DNA of 63,731 bases, counting the filler, from Octopus bimaculoides (lineage: Eukaryota): the NCBI RefSeq assembly GCF_001194135.2. It is 8 parts of 6 records of this genome, joined end to end, with 100 filler letters (N's around TTAATTAATTAA, not from the genome) between each part and the next. Parts side by side here need not be neighbours in the genome. Positions count along the whole stretch, not along the records: positions 19,720 to 27,435 come from NC_068997.1; positions 27,536 to 30,496 come from NC_068993.1; positions 30,597 to 36,219 come from NC_068993.1; positions 36,320 to 39,791 come from NC_069005.1; 4 more parts are not named here. One strand, given 5' to 3'. A model generated the notes under the pieces. It searched no databases. It was not told the origin of the DNA and saw only the letters and a list, made by a program, of their open reading frames with translations. The first letter of the stretch is position 1. Each line of letters opens with the position of its first letter. Of the stretch, positions 24,661 through 38,293 are shown in pieces. A program made the translations under genes and the position numbers.

Positions 24661-24900
24661 ATATATATGTGTGTGTATGTTTGTGTCCGTGTTTGTCCCC
24701 CACCACCACCACCACCACAACATCGCTTGACAACCGATGCTGGTGTGTTTACGTCCCCGTAACTTAGCGGTCCGGTACAAGAGACCGATAGAATAAGTAC
24801 TAGGCTTACACAGAATAAGCTCTGGGGTCGATTTGCTCGACTAAAGGCGGTGCTCCAGCATTGCCGCAGTCAAATGACTGAAACAAGTAAAAGAAAAAAA
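24661..24900 (+). mobile_element. SINE family B, 3' half
   Basis: CATCGCTTGACAACCGATGCTGG...CAGTCAAATGACTGAAACAAGTAAAAG. Confidence 0.9.
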
Positions 24901-25099
24901 AAAGAAAAAAATATATATATATATAAGGACACACGCGTTGTAGCCTTGAGCAAGGTACTTTATTTCAATCTGCTACAGACCTCTTAGTTGGCAAAAAAAA
25001 AAAAAAAAGACATAAGCAGTGAACATCCATTTGACATCTTCTGCGAAGATTTTGTACGGAAGGTAGTGGGAATACATCATTTTCGCCTCAGAAACTGTA

Positions 25100-25770
25100 T
25101 TATTCTAGAAGCACAATTCCATTGAATCGGAATCGGAGAAGACAGATTTCTGTCGATAGCACCAGATTATTGAAGACTATTACAGACTATTACGGACATG
25201 TGTAAGTTGAGGCTATAGACACGATTATCTCTTCTATCGATCAACGCTTTAATCAGCCGAGTTACAACATATACTTGAGGTTGGCGACAAGGTTGTTTCT
25301 ATAGGTGATCTACAAAGAGAATACCTCATTAGAAATCAATTTTATTAAGGAAATACATCAATGTCTTTGACATTAATTCTTTGATAGTTTAACTTCCGAC
25401 ATTAGAAGTTTTTTATGAGAAAAACATGATAATAAAAAATAAAAATAAACTCTGTTCTTTGGCTGACATTGTAAACTATCTGAACAGAAAACAGAAAAAT
25501 AACAACAGCCGATGGCATAATATCAGAGATTTGTAGAATTTGCCAACTTTTCCTGGTAACTCCTGCAACGTCTGTTACGGTTGAGTGAACCATTTTCTTT
25601 CGCAAAACGATAAAAGAGACATTTTTGGTTAAGAATGATACAAGAGAAATTAAATTCTTTCGCTTTACTTTCGTATCGCAAAGAACGACGAGATATATTA
25701 AATTTGATTGCAGTCGCTGCCGAATTGCTTTCTCCAGATGAGAAGAGGCATAAAGAAATTTAGAAGATTC
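25100..25770 (+). mobile_element. hAT transposase C-terminal (dimerisation domain) remnant
   Basis: EAIDTIISSIDQRFNQPSY and SEICRICQLFLVTPATSVTVE...LNSFALL...KERRD.LNLIAVA.E. Confidence 0.8.
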
Positions 25771-26069
25771 TGATTGGGTGATCAGGTTTTATAATTATTG
25801 GTGTCATTTCCTCTAAGACTGACACTCTATAATTAATATTTTGCTAATAATACATTGCAAAATTTAATCAACACCTCCAAAACTATCTGTCTGTCTGTCT
25901 GTCTATAACAAAATAAGACAGGCTACGATTACAGCGAAATTATCGATATTATTCGTAATTGTACTTACGGTTGAGTACATCTTAAAATTAATTCACATTT
26001 GAATGCGCTGGGGATGCCGGCAAATGTTTTAATCACCTTCACCATATATCATACGTTATATGTCAACCC

Positions 26070-26230
26070 AGGGCGGCGAGCTGGCAGAAAAGCTAGCGCG
26101 CCGGATGAAATGCTTAGCGGTATTTCGTCTGCCGTTACGTTCTGAGTTCAAATTCCGCCGAGGTCGACTTTGCCCTTCATCCTTTCGGGGTTGATAAATT
26201 AAGTACCAGTTGCGTACTGGGGTCGATGTA
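26070..26230 (+). mobile_element. SINE family A
   Basis: GGCGGCGAGCTGGCAGAA head, GAGTTCAAATTCC B-box, CCTTTCGGGGTTGATAAATTAAGTACC module. Confidence 0.9.
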
Positions 26231-26620
26231 GGGGCCAGTCGATTAGATCGACCCCAGTACGCAGCTGGTACTTAATTTATCGACCCCGAAAGGATGAAAG
26301 GCAAAGTCGACCTCGGTGGAATTTGAACTCAGAACATAAAGACAGACGAAATACTGCTAAGCACTTCGCCCGGCGTGCTAACTTTTCTTATTTCTTTATT
26401 GCCCACAAGGGGCTAAACATAGAGGGGACAAACAAGGGCAGACAAATGGATTAAGTCGATTACATCGACACAGTGCGTAACTGGTACTTAATTTATCGAC
26501 CCCGAAAGGATGAGAGAAAAAGTCGACCTCGGTGGAATTTGAACTCAGAACGTAAAGACAGACGAAATACCGCTAAGCATTTCATCCGGCGTGCTAACGT
26601 TTCCACCAGCTCGCCGCCCT
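26231..26620 (-). mobile_element. Tandem dimer of SINE family A
   Basis: Two head-to-tail copies (26231-26383 and 26384-26620); the second has a full head and a LINE-like tail. Confidence 0.9.
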
Positions 26621-27402
26621 CCTGCCCTCTATATTGTGACGCTATGGTACATTTACCAAGAATGCGAAACGAATATTACCCAGGGTACTTAATATCAGAT
26701 ATGTGAGTTCCCAATGAAGCAAAGGGAAGAACTAATCTAGTGTTATCTATGAAGGGATTTGTTTGTTTTCTTTTTGTTTTGTTTTGTGTTTTGTAATTGG
26801 AATATTTTGGGTTGCTCATTAAATTACGAAAATATGGTAATGTCTTTCTTCAGTTACGTAATTATTATTCCACCATTTGCGACAGTAGCTACGGAATTTA
26901 CTATCAGAGTGACGGTCTGTTAAAAATAAAGAGAAGATATTCGCCACTACAAGATCGCTAATCAATATTCATTGGCCCAGATAAATGGCGCAGTAAATTT
27001 TCTTCCTGAAAAAACTATTGTTGCTAGTTATTTTAGTTCGAACTCTTTCACTTCTTCCATTTTGAATAATATTTGCATTTCTTTGTCTTTCATTCATACA
27101 ATTCACTTTACTTTCTTCGGCACTAAAAACCCTTAAATCTACCTCCAGCAATTAACCTTCTTTCTTGTGCTTCCACCACACTTTTTCGAAACTTATTTTT
27201 TTCCTTATTAAAGTAGTTCTTCGTCTTCTTTTACTTTCGACTCCTGTGTTTGTTTTTGCTTGTATTTTCCGTGTTATCTTCTTTCACGCATTATTCTTCC
27301 TTCTATTATTCGACTCTTTCTCTTGCTTCTTTCGGGGCTTTCTGCAATCTAGGTCGAACTCATTAAATTTTAATACATACATACATACAGACAGACAGAC
27401 AT

Positions 27403-27435
<33 letters not shown>

Positions 27436-27535
27436 NNNNNNNNNNNNNNNNNNNNNNNNNNNNNNNNNNNNNNNNNNNNTTAATTAATTAANNNNNNNNN
27501 NNNNNNNNNNNNNNNNNNNNNNNNNNNNNNNNNNN
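27436..27535. other. Artificial 100-bp spacer
   Basis: N44-TTAATTAATTAA-N44. Confidence 0.97.
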
Positions 27536-27644
27536 ATATATATATATAAACGTTTATGTATTTGTATATACATATATATATATAAATAAAGATAGATAGA
27601 TAGATAGATAGATAGAAAGATAGATAGATAGATAGATAGATACA

Positions 27645-27946
27645 TTTCTTTTATTAGCCACACAGGGCTCAACGAAGATGGGACAAATACAATGTAGAGC
27701 TTTTCTCTTTGGGAGGGGGAAGGAAGGAAAAAAAAAAAGATAGATAGATAGATATACATACATATAATTGTCATTAAAATTGACTAGGATGTTAGAAACA
27801 CCCACATTACTAGGGAAAGAGCTAAATGGGCAGTTGTTGTTGTCAAAGTACATAATTGTATGCATATATACTGACACACCCTGTCGCTACATTTTGTGAC
27901 GATTATACTTTTCTGCGAAACATTGCAAACTGCTGCCTATATTAAT

Positions 27947-27978
<32 letters not shown>

Positions 27979-28180
27979 TGTATGTATGTATGTATGTATG
28001 TATGTATGTATGTATGTATCTATCTATCTATCTATTTTTTTTCTCGATCCCTTTTGATCGAACTTCCTCTTTTTCCCTTCCTACGATCCCTTTTGATCGA
28101 CACACCCCTACTTTTTTTCCGTCCCCCTCCCAAAAAGAAAAGTTCTACATTGTATTTGTCCCATCTTTGTTGTTTGAAGT
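27645..28180. repeat. Two inverted copies of a LINE-like 3' UTR around an (ATGT)n tract
   Basis: GATGGGACAAATACAATGTAGAGCTTTTCTCTTTGGGAGGGGGA at ~27680-27720 versus its reverse complement at ~28125-28172. Confidence 0.65.
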
Positions 28181-29078
28181 CTCTGTCTCTTTTGAATATA
28201 AAAATTTAAAAGTTTAAAAATCTTATGATNNNNNNNNNNNNNNNNNNNNNNNNNNNNNNNNNNNNNNNNNNNNNNNNNNNNNNNNNNNNNNNNNNNNNNN
28301 NNNNNNNNNNNNNNNNNNNNNNNNNNNNNNNNNNNNNNNNNNNNNNNNNNNNNNNNNNNNNNNNNNNNNNNNNNNNNNNNNNNNNNNNNNNNNNNNNNNN
28401 NNNNNNNNNNNNNNNNNNNNNNNNNNNNNNNNNNNNNNNNNNNNNNNNNNNNNNNNNNNNNNNNNNNNNNNNNNNNNNNNNNNNNNNNNNNNNNNNNNNN
28501 NNNNNNNNNNNNNNNNNNNNNNNNNNNNNNNNNNNNNNNNNNNNNNNNNNNNNNNNNNNNNNNNNNNNNNNNNNNNNNNNNNNNNNNNNNNNNNNNNNNN
28601 NNNNNNNNNNNNNNNNNNNNNNNNNNNNNNNNNNNNNNNNNNNNNNNNNNNNNNNNNNNNNNNNNNNNNNNNNNNNNNNNNNNNNNNNNNNNNNNNNNNN
28701 NNNNNNNNNNNNNNNNNNNNNNNNNNNNNNNNNNNNNNNNNNNNNNNNNNNNNNNNNNNNNNNNNNNNNNNNNNNNNNNNNNNNNNNNNNNNNNNNNNNN
28801 NNNNNNNNNNNNNNNNNNNNNNNNNNNNNNNNNNNNNNNNNNNNNNNNNNNNNNNNNNNNNNNNNNNNNNNNNNNNNNNNNNNNNNNNNNNNNNNNNNNN
28901 NNNNNNNNNNNNNNNNNNNNNNNNNNNNNNNNNNNNNNNNNNNNNNNNNNNNNNNNNNNNNNNNNNNNNNNNNNNNNNNNNNNNNNNNNNNNNNNNNNNN
29001 NNNNNNNNNNNNNNNNNNNNNNNNNNNNNNNNNNNNNNNNNNNNNNNNNNNNNNNNTATATATATATATATCTTCTTT

Positions 29079-29305
29079 CTATTTCTTGTTTCAGTCATTT
29101 GATTGCGGCCATGCTGGAGCACCGCCTTTAGTCGAGTAAATCGACCCCAGGATTTATTCTTTGTAAGCCTAGTACTTATTCTATCGGTCTCTTTTGTTGA
29201 GCAGCTAAGTTATAGGGACGTAAACACACCAGCATCGGTTATCAAGCGATGTTGGCGGGGGGAGAGAAACACATAAACGTATATACAAACATACATATAC
29301 ATACA
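29079..29305 (-). mobile_element. SINE family B, 3' half
   Basis: Reverse complement of the family B 3' module. Confidence 0.9.
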
Positions 29306-29426
29306 TACATACATACATACACACACNNNNNNNNNNNNNNNNNNNNNNNNNNNNNNNNNNNNNNNNNNNNNNNNNNNNNNNNNNNNNNNNNNNNNNNNNN
29401 NNNNNNNNNNNNNNNNNNNNNNNNNN

Positions 29427-29469
<43 letters not shown>

Positions 29470-29509
29470 TAAAAGAGGGAGTGTATTTCCACGCAGTAAA
29501 AAATATAGG

Positions 29510-30120
<611 letters not shown>

Positions 30121-30448
30121 AAACACACACACATACATACATATATATACACATTATTTGTGTAGTAATGCTACCACTGGTTTCATGTTAAGGAATACCG
30201 CAACAATAATCAAGCTTATCACATAGAACATTGGTGTTCGTCTCCATTTTGGATTATCAGACGATAAATTACGAATACTCGTGTATTCTCATCACAGATG
30301 TAGACGAGTACCAACATTTGCATGAGGTACGTTTCAACAATTGTGAAGATTTCTCACATGAAACCATTGGTTGCCTTGTTAAACCACAAATAAAGTATAT
30401 TTATCCACGTATGTGGCGTTGAGCACTCATTCTTACAATTCGATTATA

Positions 30449-30496
<48 letters not shown>

Positions 30497-30596
30497 NNNN
30501 NNNNNNNNNNNNNNNNNNNNNNNNNNNNNNNNNNNNNNNNTTAATTAATTAANNNNNNNNNNNNNNNNNNNNNNNNNNNNNNNNNNNNNNNNNNNN
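30497..30596. other. Artificial 100-bp spacer
   Basis: N44-TTAATTAATTAA-N44. Confidence 0.97.
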
Positions 30597-31531
30597 TATA
30601 TATATATATATATTATACAAACACACACATACATTCATTCACACATACACATCTGTAGATATAAGAATGCATAATTATAAGTCTACGTGTGAATGTATGC
30701 ATGACTACAATATATACACATATATACATATGTATGTGAATGTGTGTGTGTGTGTGTACGCATGTGTGTGCATCCACATACATAGACGCACCACATATGT
30801 ATAAACCTATATGAAGAAAGAGATATGTTATTCAAATGTGATTATGTATTAAATGACTCATAATTGAGAAATTAGATAAGCCTCCAGTTTAAGTTCAGTT
30901 TAAGCGCGTGTGCGTACCTACACACACACACACATAAATATCTGTGTGTGCAGAGAGTGAGAGAGAGAGAGAGAGAGAGCGAGAGTAGTTTTCTGTGAAT
31001 GGATATGTTTATATCACTCGCTTATTTTTAAAGATATTCTTTGCTTCAGCCAGAGCAGAATAAGTTTTAGAGCAGTCAAAGAATATATCGGTTTTGCGAA
31101 GATGGTTCCTTCTGTCCCTCTGTCTCTCTCTCTCTCTCTTCTTTTCCTTACACATTCAAACTTCATCTCTCTATCACTCTCCTTCACACACACATACACA
31201 CACACACACACACACATACACACACACACACATACACACACACACACTCTCTCTCTCTCTGTGTTTCTTTCTCTTTGAATCTTCGACAACCATTAAGCGA
31301 AGCTTCTCACTTTCAAATTTAGGATTACTTAATTTACAACACATCTGCTCATTTCTGAAACAAATTATAATTAATTAACTTGATAATAATAATTATCATT
31401 ATTAATATTATTTCTATCATCATTATTAGAATTACTATTTCAAAATATATCAACGGATACGAGTCATATTCCTATCTTAATGCAACTTTCACAGATTTGA
31501 AATAAAATGAAACGAAATATAAACACACACA

Positions 31532-31545
<14 letters not shown>

Positions 31546-31571
<26 letters not shown>

Positions 31572-31657
31572 CCATCGTTTAACGTCCGCTTTCTATGCTG
31601 GCATGGGTTGGACGGTTTGATTGAGGACTGACAAGCCGGGAAGCTGCACCAGTCTCA
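31546..31657 (-). mobile_element. RTE LINE 3' tail with (GAT)n
   Basis: Reverse complement of the tail at 15840-15935. Confidence 0.8.
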
Positions 31658-31760
31658 GATATATATGTACATATACTATATATATATCGATATATATATA
31701 TACATACATACACACACACGCATATATATATATACATATCTATGTGTGTGTGCATAAACG

Positions 31761-31796
<36 letters not shown>

Positions 31797-31809
31797 TATA
31801 TATATATAC

Positions 31810-31860
<51 letters not shown>

Positions 31861-32565
31861 TAAACATTAACAAAATATTGATTAAAAATAATAATTTATT
31901 TTAAAAGGGGGGAGTGAAATTCATCAGTGTACCCGAGTTAGCTTTAGGGTGGAGGGGTAGGTGTTAATAAATTAGTATAAAAAATCGAAACAAACAAAAA
32001 AAAAAAAAAGCTCAATAGGAATCTGTTCCAAGAATTAGAAAACAAAAATTTGAAACTTTATACATAACACCAGTATATATACTCGTGTATATATATATAT
32101 AATTATTATCTTGATTAATATTACAAATATCTCAACGGGTATGGTAGGCCGTACATGATGTAATCCACCCAGCCACCACCACTATCGGCACCATCACCAC
32201 CACCACCACCGCCAGCATCATCATTATCGTCATCTCTTAACTGCGCCTCTGAAAGAAACGGTAGCTTCTTTCGTGTGTAAATAAGAACTTAACAAAGATT
32301 TGTTTTGGGAAAGGTTCATCTAATGTTCTCGGTAAGAGTTCTTCTTACATTTGGTGCCAAAATGACTGAAAGTGGCAGACAGACAAACAGATTCTTTAGA
32401 ACAACAGGAATTAAGTTTTGATGTTGCTGTTTTTGCTGTTGTTGTTGTTTAGTTCAGATCGAGCGGTGCCCTGACTAAAAGCAGTACCAACTGTGATATC
32501 CTGTCTCTGAGTTTGTTTTTTTTTTGTCGAAGATTATGTGCCTTCCTGTCTTAAGACAACAAGTG

Positions 32566-32920
32566 CAGTGGTTCTCAACCTGAGTCCATATGACCACTGG
32601 AGGAGGGGGTCATATAAGATATTTGGGTATCCACGTAACAAGATAGTAATTCGGGGATCCAGAACATTATTTTAAGGCTCCCTTGAAAATTTTTGCTTTA
32701 GATGTATGTATTGGTATTTATTGCAAGAAAACAGCTAGGTTTCTTTCTCTAACGTCTTACATAGTTCAACCTACACAAGTTAATGCGTGATAAACAAAAT
32801 AGGGATTTTGAAAGAAGTCTCTATGAAATTAGTTTTTAAATATCGAATGGCTATAGGGGTCCACCAGAATAAAATAGTAACCAAAGGGGTCTATTGATAA
32901 AAAGGGGATGCGAACCCCTA
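32566..32920 (+). mobile_element. hAT/Charlie-like MITE
   Basis: Begins CAGTGGTTCTCAACC; ends in degenerate AAGGGGATGCGAACCCCTA; TSD not convincing. Confidence 0.55.
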
Positions 32921-33056
32921 CTACAGTGTGTGATTTGAGGGAAGATGGGCCGTTATTTTGTGCCCACGTAGAGTCCTTGTCGACGGCAGTTTGAGTTGAA
33001 GCTGAAGGTAATAAACTCAGTATCTCAATCACTCATTCAATTAACGTAGTACAGAA

Positions 33057-33270
33057 AGCCGGCGAGCTGGCAGAAACGTTAGCACGCCGGGCGAAATGCT
33101 TCGCGGTATTTCGTCTGCCGTTACGTTATGAGTTCAAATTTCGCCGAGGGTCAACTTTGCCTTTCACCCTTTCGGGGTCGATAAATTAAATACCAATTGC
33201 GTACTGGGGTCGATCTAATCGACTGGCCCCTTCCCCCAGAATTTCAAGCCTTGTGCTTAGAGTAGAAAAG
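33057..33270 (+). mobile_element. SINE family A
   Basis: Full head and body with an alternative tail. Confidence 0.9.
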
Positions 33271-33790
33271 AATTAAGGTAGAACAGAAGTCGAAGACATC
33301 CTATTGAATCTGCTTTATCGAAAAGACATAATAAGCCTTTGCCAGTCGAAAGTATTTCCATAAAAGTNNNNNNNNNNNNNNNNNNNNNNNNNNNNNNNNN
33401 NNNNNNNNNNNNNNNNNNNNNNNNNNNNNNNNNNNNNNNNNNNNNNNNNNNNNNNNNNNNNNNNNNNNNNNNNNNNNNNNNNNNNNNNNNNNNNNNNNNN
33501 NNNNNNNNNNNNNNNNNNNNNNNNNNNNNNNNNNNNNNNNNNNNNNNNNNNNNNNNNNNNNNNNNNNNNNNNNNNNNNNNNNNNNNNNNNNNNNNNNNNN
33601 NNNNNNNNNNNNNNNNNNNNNNNNNNNNNNNNNNNNNNNNNNNNNNNNNNNNNNNNNNNNNNNNNNNNNNNNNNNNNNNNNNNNNNNNNNNNNNNNNNNN
33701 NNNNNNNNNNNNNNNNNNNNNNNNNNNNNNNNNNNNNNNNNNNNNNNNNNNNNNNNNNNNNNNNNNNNNNNNNNNNNNNNNNNNNNNNNN

Positions 33791-34083
33791 NTTTGCTAGA
33801 CGTAAACTGAAAGAAGCCCGTCGTATATATGTATATATATATATATATATGTATGTATGTGTGTGTGTTTGTGTATCTGTGTTTCTCCCCCCAACATCGC
33901 TTGACAACCGATGCTGGTGTGTTTACGTCCCCCATAACTTAGCGGTTCGGCAAAAGACCAATAGAATAAGTACTAGGCTTACAAAGAATAAGTCCTGGGG
34001 TCGATTTGCTCGACTAAAGGCGGTGCTCTAGCATGGTCGCATTCAAATGACTGAAACAAGTAAAAGAGTAAAGAGTAAAAGAA
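33791..34083 (+). mobile_element. SINE family B, 5' lost in gap
   Basis: Conserved body and GTAAAAGA tail. Confidence 0.9.
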
Positions 34084-34516
34084 CAAGTGGAACTGCAAGA
34101 GGTTTGAACTCAGAGCAAAGCATTTTGCTCAACACTATACATGTGAGTGTGTGTGTGTTTGACTGTAGCCATGCTGGAGCACCGCTTTGAAAGGTTTTAG
34201 CCAAAGAAATTGACCTCAATATTTTTTTAATGAAACCGGGTACTTATTCTATTAGTCTTTTTTGCTGAAACGCTAGATTACGGGACATAAACAAAAACCA
34301 ACACTGGTTGCCAAGCGGTGTGTTTGTGTGTGCTTGTGTGTATATGTGTGTTGGAGACACACTGACCCTCCTCCCACACACACACCATAAGGTTTTTACC
34401 TACCAAATTCACTCACAGGGCATTGGTCCAGCCCGCAGCACACCGGGTGACACTCAGTAGTACTTGAAGGCGAAACCATGTGATTTGCATAGAGCAAATC
34501 CGTGAGAAAAGTATTT

Positions 34517-34556
<40 letters not shown>

Positions 34557-35399
34557 AAACAGAGAGGAAGAGATGTTGATGGGGGGTGGGTGGAAGGAAG
34601 AATAAGAACGAGGAGGATAGAGAGAAGGGAAGAGACAAGAGAGTGACCGCGGAAGCGAAGTAGTCTTCTCTGCCAGGCCACTTCCGATCAAACGGACACC
34701 CCATGCATGACCATCCCACCTTATTTTCAGACATAATATATCTTAGGGCTACATTATTCTTTCTATGTGTCATTCAGGTAGGGTGGGTTTTTAAAAGTGA
34801 TTAGGCTATAGTTTCTAGCATGTCAACCGAACACATAGAACTGCATTGCTTTGTGTCATGTTGGTGTGAGGAAGTTCTGAAATCGGGGAGACTACAAATC
34901 TCTAATTTTGTATCTCTAAGTAACGGGTTCAAATCTTGGACGGAGACGGGTTTTTCTCTTTTTGGATACCAGTAATATATTTAAGTTGTATTCAAACACC
35001 TTTGCTTCAATTACCCCACTACACTCCATCCCCACTCTTTTTCCGTCCACACCGTACAACTGTACTTAATTAATAAATGGGCCTTTTGTTTTAATTAAAA
35101 ATACCTACACGTTAGAACGCGCACCTTGTTTGTCGTGCGGCCGATAACCAGCACACAAGTTGCTATGGACCAGCTGGATTAGAGCAGACCAAGGGACTTA
35201 CATCACCATCACTACCATCATCAGCAACGGCAACAAAATCGAGTCGATGAAGTTGACTTAACGTGGTCGTTCGATCGCAGAATCAAAACAGCAGCCAACT
35301 GGCCCTCAAACCACACCTGAACGTTAATACACATGGAAACACACACACGTTTAAATATATACCATATTTTTAATCAGCTTTCTGGATTCTTAAGAATTA

Positions 35400-35967
35400 T
35401 TCTTCCCATATCTATTCAGACCCGGAATAAACACTGGTCGGGGTCCCAGTCATGGGTTATCGAGCGTATGTAATAATAATGATAATCCACTTGAGCACGG
35501 AGGACGCAGAAAAACCACCGACAGTGAGGGACCCCTAGCTGTTGTCAAAACATTCTTCAAGGAAAAGGGCACTCCGATGCAAAACCTGAGGTTCCATGTG
35601 ATTACTGGTCATCTCGCTTCGGCCTGTCACTAGGAGCTGTTATAATCACGAAAACTCGGAGCGTGGTACTCGTGTTGCACAAGCGTTTATCACCATAATC
35701 CAACGACGAACAGATGATTCGTTATGGAGATCTTATTCGTCTTCCCATCTATTTTAAAAGTCCAAATAGCAACGGAAAAGCGGCGACGCGTTGTAGATCC
35801 TAATAAGTTGGAAGCGCATTACAAGTTATGACTTTCGCCTGTCCCCTTATGCTCCAAACCGTGCAGACCCGTAACGGGAGTGTATAGTCATCCGGGAAGT
35901 CATGGATGGAAAGTCAGATATGCTATTGACAACGCGAAAGTACAAAGAAACTGCAACCATCTGTGAG

Positions 35968-35999
<32 letters not shown>

Positions 36000-36184
36000 C
36001 TTCGAAACGTCTAGTTAGAGTAGAGGCGGCTGACGAAGGATTAATTCCAAGTGGCTATCTGTTTTCCTATGTGTTCGTTCCGTGGTCTGTAGTTCATTGT
36101 TCTAACGTCCTGATATGCATCTATATACACATGTAGATGTAAGTATGTACATATATGTGTGTATACATGCATACACATTCTTTG

Positions 36185-36219
<35 letters not shown>
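35400..36219 (+). mobile_element. Possible decayed Gypsy integrase tail plus LTR-like sequence
   Basis: Weak SEGPLAVVK (GP.V-like) and VQTRNG (TRSGR-like) motifs; 36110-36170 resembles 19150-19210. Confidence 0.3.
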
Positions 36220-36319
36220 NNNNNNNNNNNNNNNNNNNNNNNNNNNNNNNNNNNNNNNNNNNNTTAATTAATTAANNNNNNNNNNNNNNNNNNNNNNNNN
36301 NNNNNNNNNNNNNNNNNNN
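36220..36319. other. Artificial 100-bp spacer
   Basis: N44-TTAATTAATTAA-N44. Confidence 0.97.
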
Positions 36320-36328
36320 ATATATGCA

Positions 36329-36377
<49 letters not shown>

Positions 36378-37052
36378 GTCTGTCTGTCTGTCTGTCTGTC
36401 TAGCTACCTGTCTAGCTACCTACCTACCTACCTACCTACCTATCTACCTAACTACCTACCTACCTACCTACCTACCTACCTACCTATCTATCTATATATC
36501 TATCTATCTATCTATCTATCTCTGTGGGTCTGTCTGTCTGTCTGCCTGTCTATACGCGCTCACACACAAACACACATAAATATCGCCAGCGAACGCCTGT
36601 AGAGATGTAAGTTTTTATGGCTGAGATGTGTTATGCCGGAGGTGACATACATATCGCGTGTGCTGTGGAGTGTATGCTAAATTATCCGTGTCTGCTTCAA
36701 TATTCAGATATGATCAACTTGTGCAACACGTTTCATTTCCCTCACATATCAATAGTGCTTAGTGGTGAATTATTGGGATGAATAAATTAGTTAAAGTGAG
36801 AGTCTAGTATTTTGTCCTTAATCTTATTAAATTCATACCTGACTGAGAAAGCTGATTCAAAAACTACAGGTCCAGCCCATCACTGGAACAGTAAAAATCT
36901 GTAAAACTTTCCGGAAGTTTATTATTTAAGTATATATGAACATGTCTAGATACGCAAGTATTTGCATGTGAAGACATACATAACACAAAACATACAAATT
37001 TCCGCCTATACATACATACATACATACATACATACATACATACATACATACA

Positions 37053-37320
37053 TGGTGGTTATGGTGGTTGTCTACTCCTTACACAGAGTTTGACCACCTC
37101 CTGCACCTACACCTTAGCTCTTTCATGGCGTCTGATGTGGCTTTTTAGACCAGGCAATGTTCTGAAAAGACACCCACAATGACTGCATATCCGTTTTGGA
37201 TGGCCATGAGCTGCAGTTCTGCTCATTGTGGATCCTAACATGTCTTTTAAGACCCCCATTGGATTTGCAAGCCTTCTGGCATACACCACATTCAAACATG
37301 TGCACAGACATATAGTCAGA
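37053..37320 (-). mobile_element. RTE-type LINE 3' end with two C2H2 fingers, frameshifted
   Basis: FECGVCQKACKSNGGLKRHVRIH and ICSHCGCLFRTLPGLKSHIRRH in different frames; short UTR; (ATGT)n on both sides. Confidence 0.65.
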
Positions 37321-37376
37321 ATACATACATACATACATACATACATAAATACATAAATAAATACATGCATACATGC

Positions 37377-37407
<31 letters not shown>

Positions 37408-37450
37408 CATATATATNNNNNNNNNNNNNNNNNNNNNNNNNNNNNNNNNN

Positions 37451-37508
<58 letters not shown>

Positions 37509-38014
37509 GTGTCATATTGGTTTCAAATGTTAGCACAAGGCTAGCAATTTTGGGGAGTAGGTTTAAGTCGATTACGTAGACACCAATTGCTCAACCGGTG
37601 TTTTATTTTATTAACCTCGAAAGGACGAAATGTAAAGACGACCTCGGTGTAATCATTACTGTAATTAATGGTAAAATTATTGATAATTGTTATTATTTTG
37701 ACACTGCAACCAGTATTCAATTCTACGTCTATTGCATGTTTAGTTTCAGGGCATGGCGTTCCCTAATCTGACTCGGTTGGGTTTCACCATATTTTTTGTG
37801 TGCTATATTTTCATTATTACGCGTTTTATTGTATAATTATCTATTCTGCTCATTTAATCAATTTGTAACATGCCTAATTACTGCTCTATTGTATAATATT
37901 TCAGACTTTCGTCTCGTTTTTTGTATAAATTTTGTAACCGCATACTTTTGATTAGCATGTATGCATTGCCCCACCCCTACTCTATAGGCCTTTGATAATA
38001 AACATAGAAAAATT

Positions 38015-38293
38015 AGTGGCACTCCGTTGGTTATGACGACGATCGTTCCAGTTGATCCGATCAACGGAACAGCCTGTACGTGAAATTAACGTGCAAGTGG
38101 CTGAGTACACTGCAGACGTGTATCCTTAACGTAGTTGTCAGGGAGATTCAGCGTGACACAAAATGTAACAAAGCTGGCCGTTTGAAATAGGGGTACCATT
38201 AATTTATGTTTTCTGATTTGACTAGAGAAACGTGAAATAAAGTGTCTTGCTCAAGGACTCAATGCGCCGCTGGGAATCGAACTCACGACCTTA
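38015..38293 (-). mobile_element. SINE family C (tRNA head plus tail)
   Basis: GGGAATCGAACTC (reverse-complement B-box) near 38275; tail shared with 8213-8457. Confidence 0.7.

Noticed and set aside
30290-30335. Possible 28-nt micro-exon (DVDEYQHLHE) with AG/GT borders
   Set aside because: Such borders are common by chance and there is no supporting homology.
36000-36050. CGAAACGTC...CTGACGA, possible type II hammerhead
   Set aside because: No stem I hairpin and at most 3 bp of stem II; a similar order of motifs at 8455-8495 also lacks stems.
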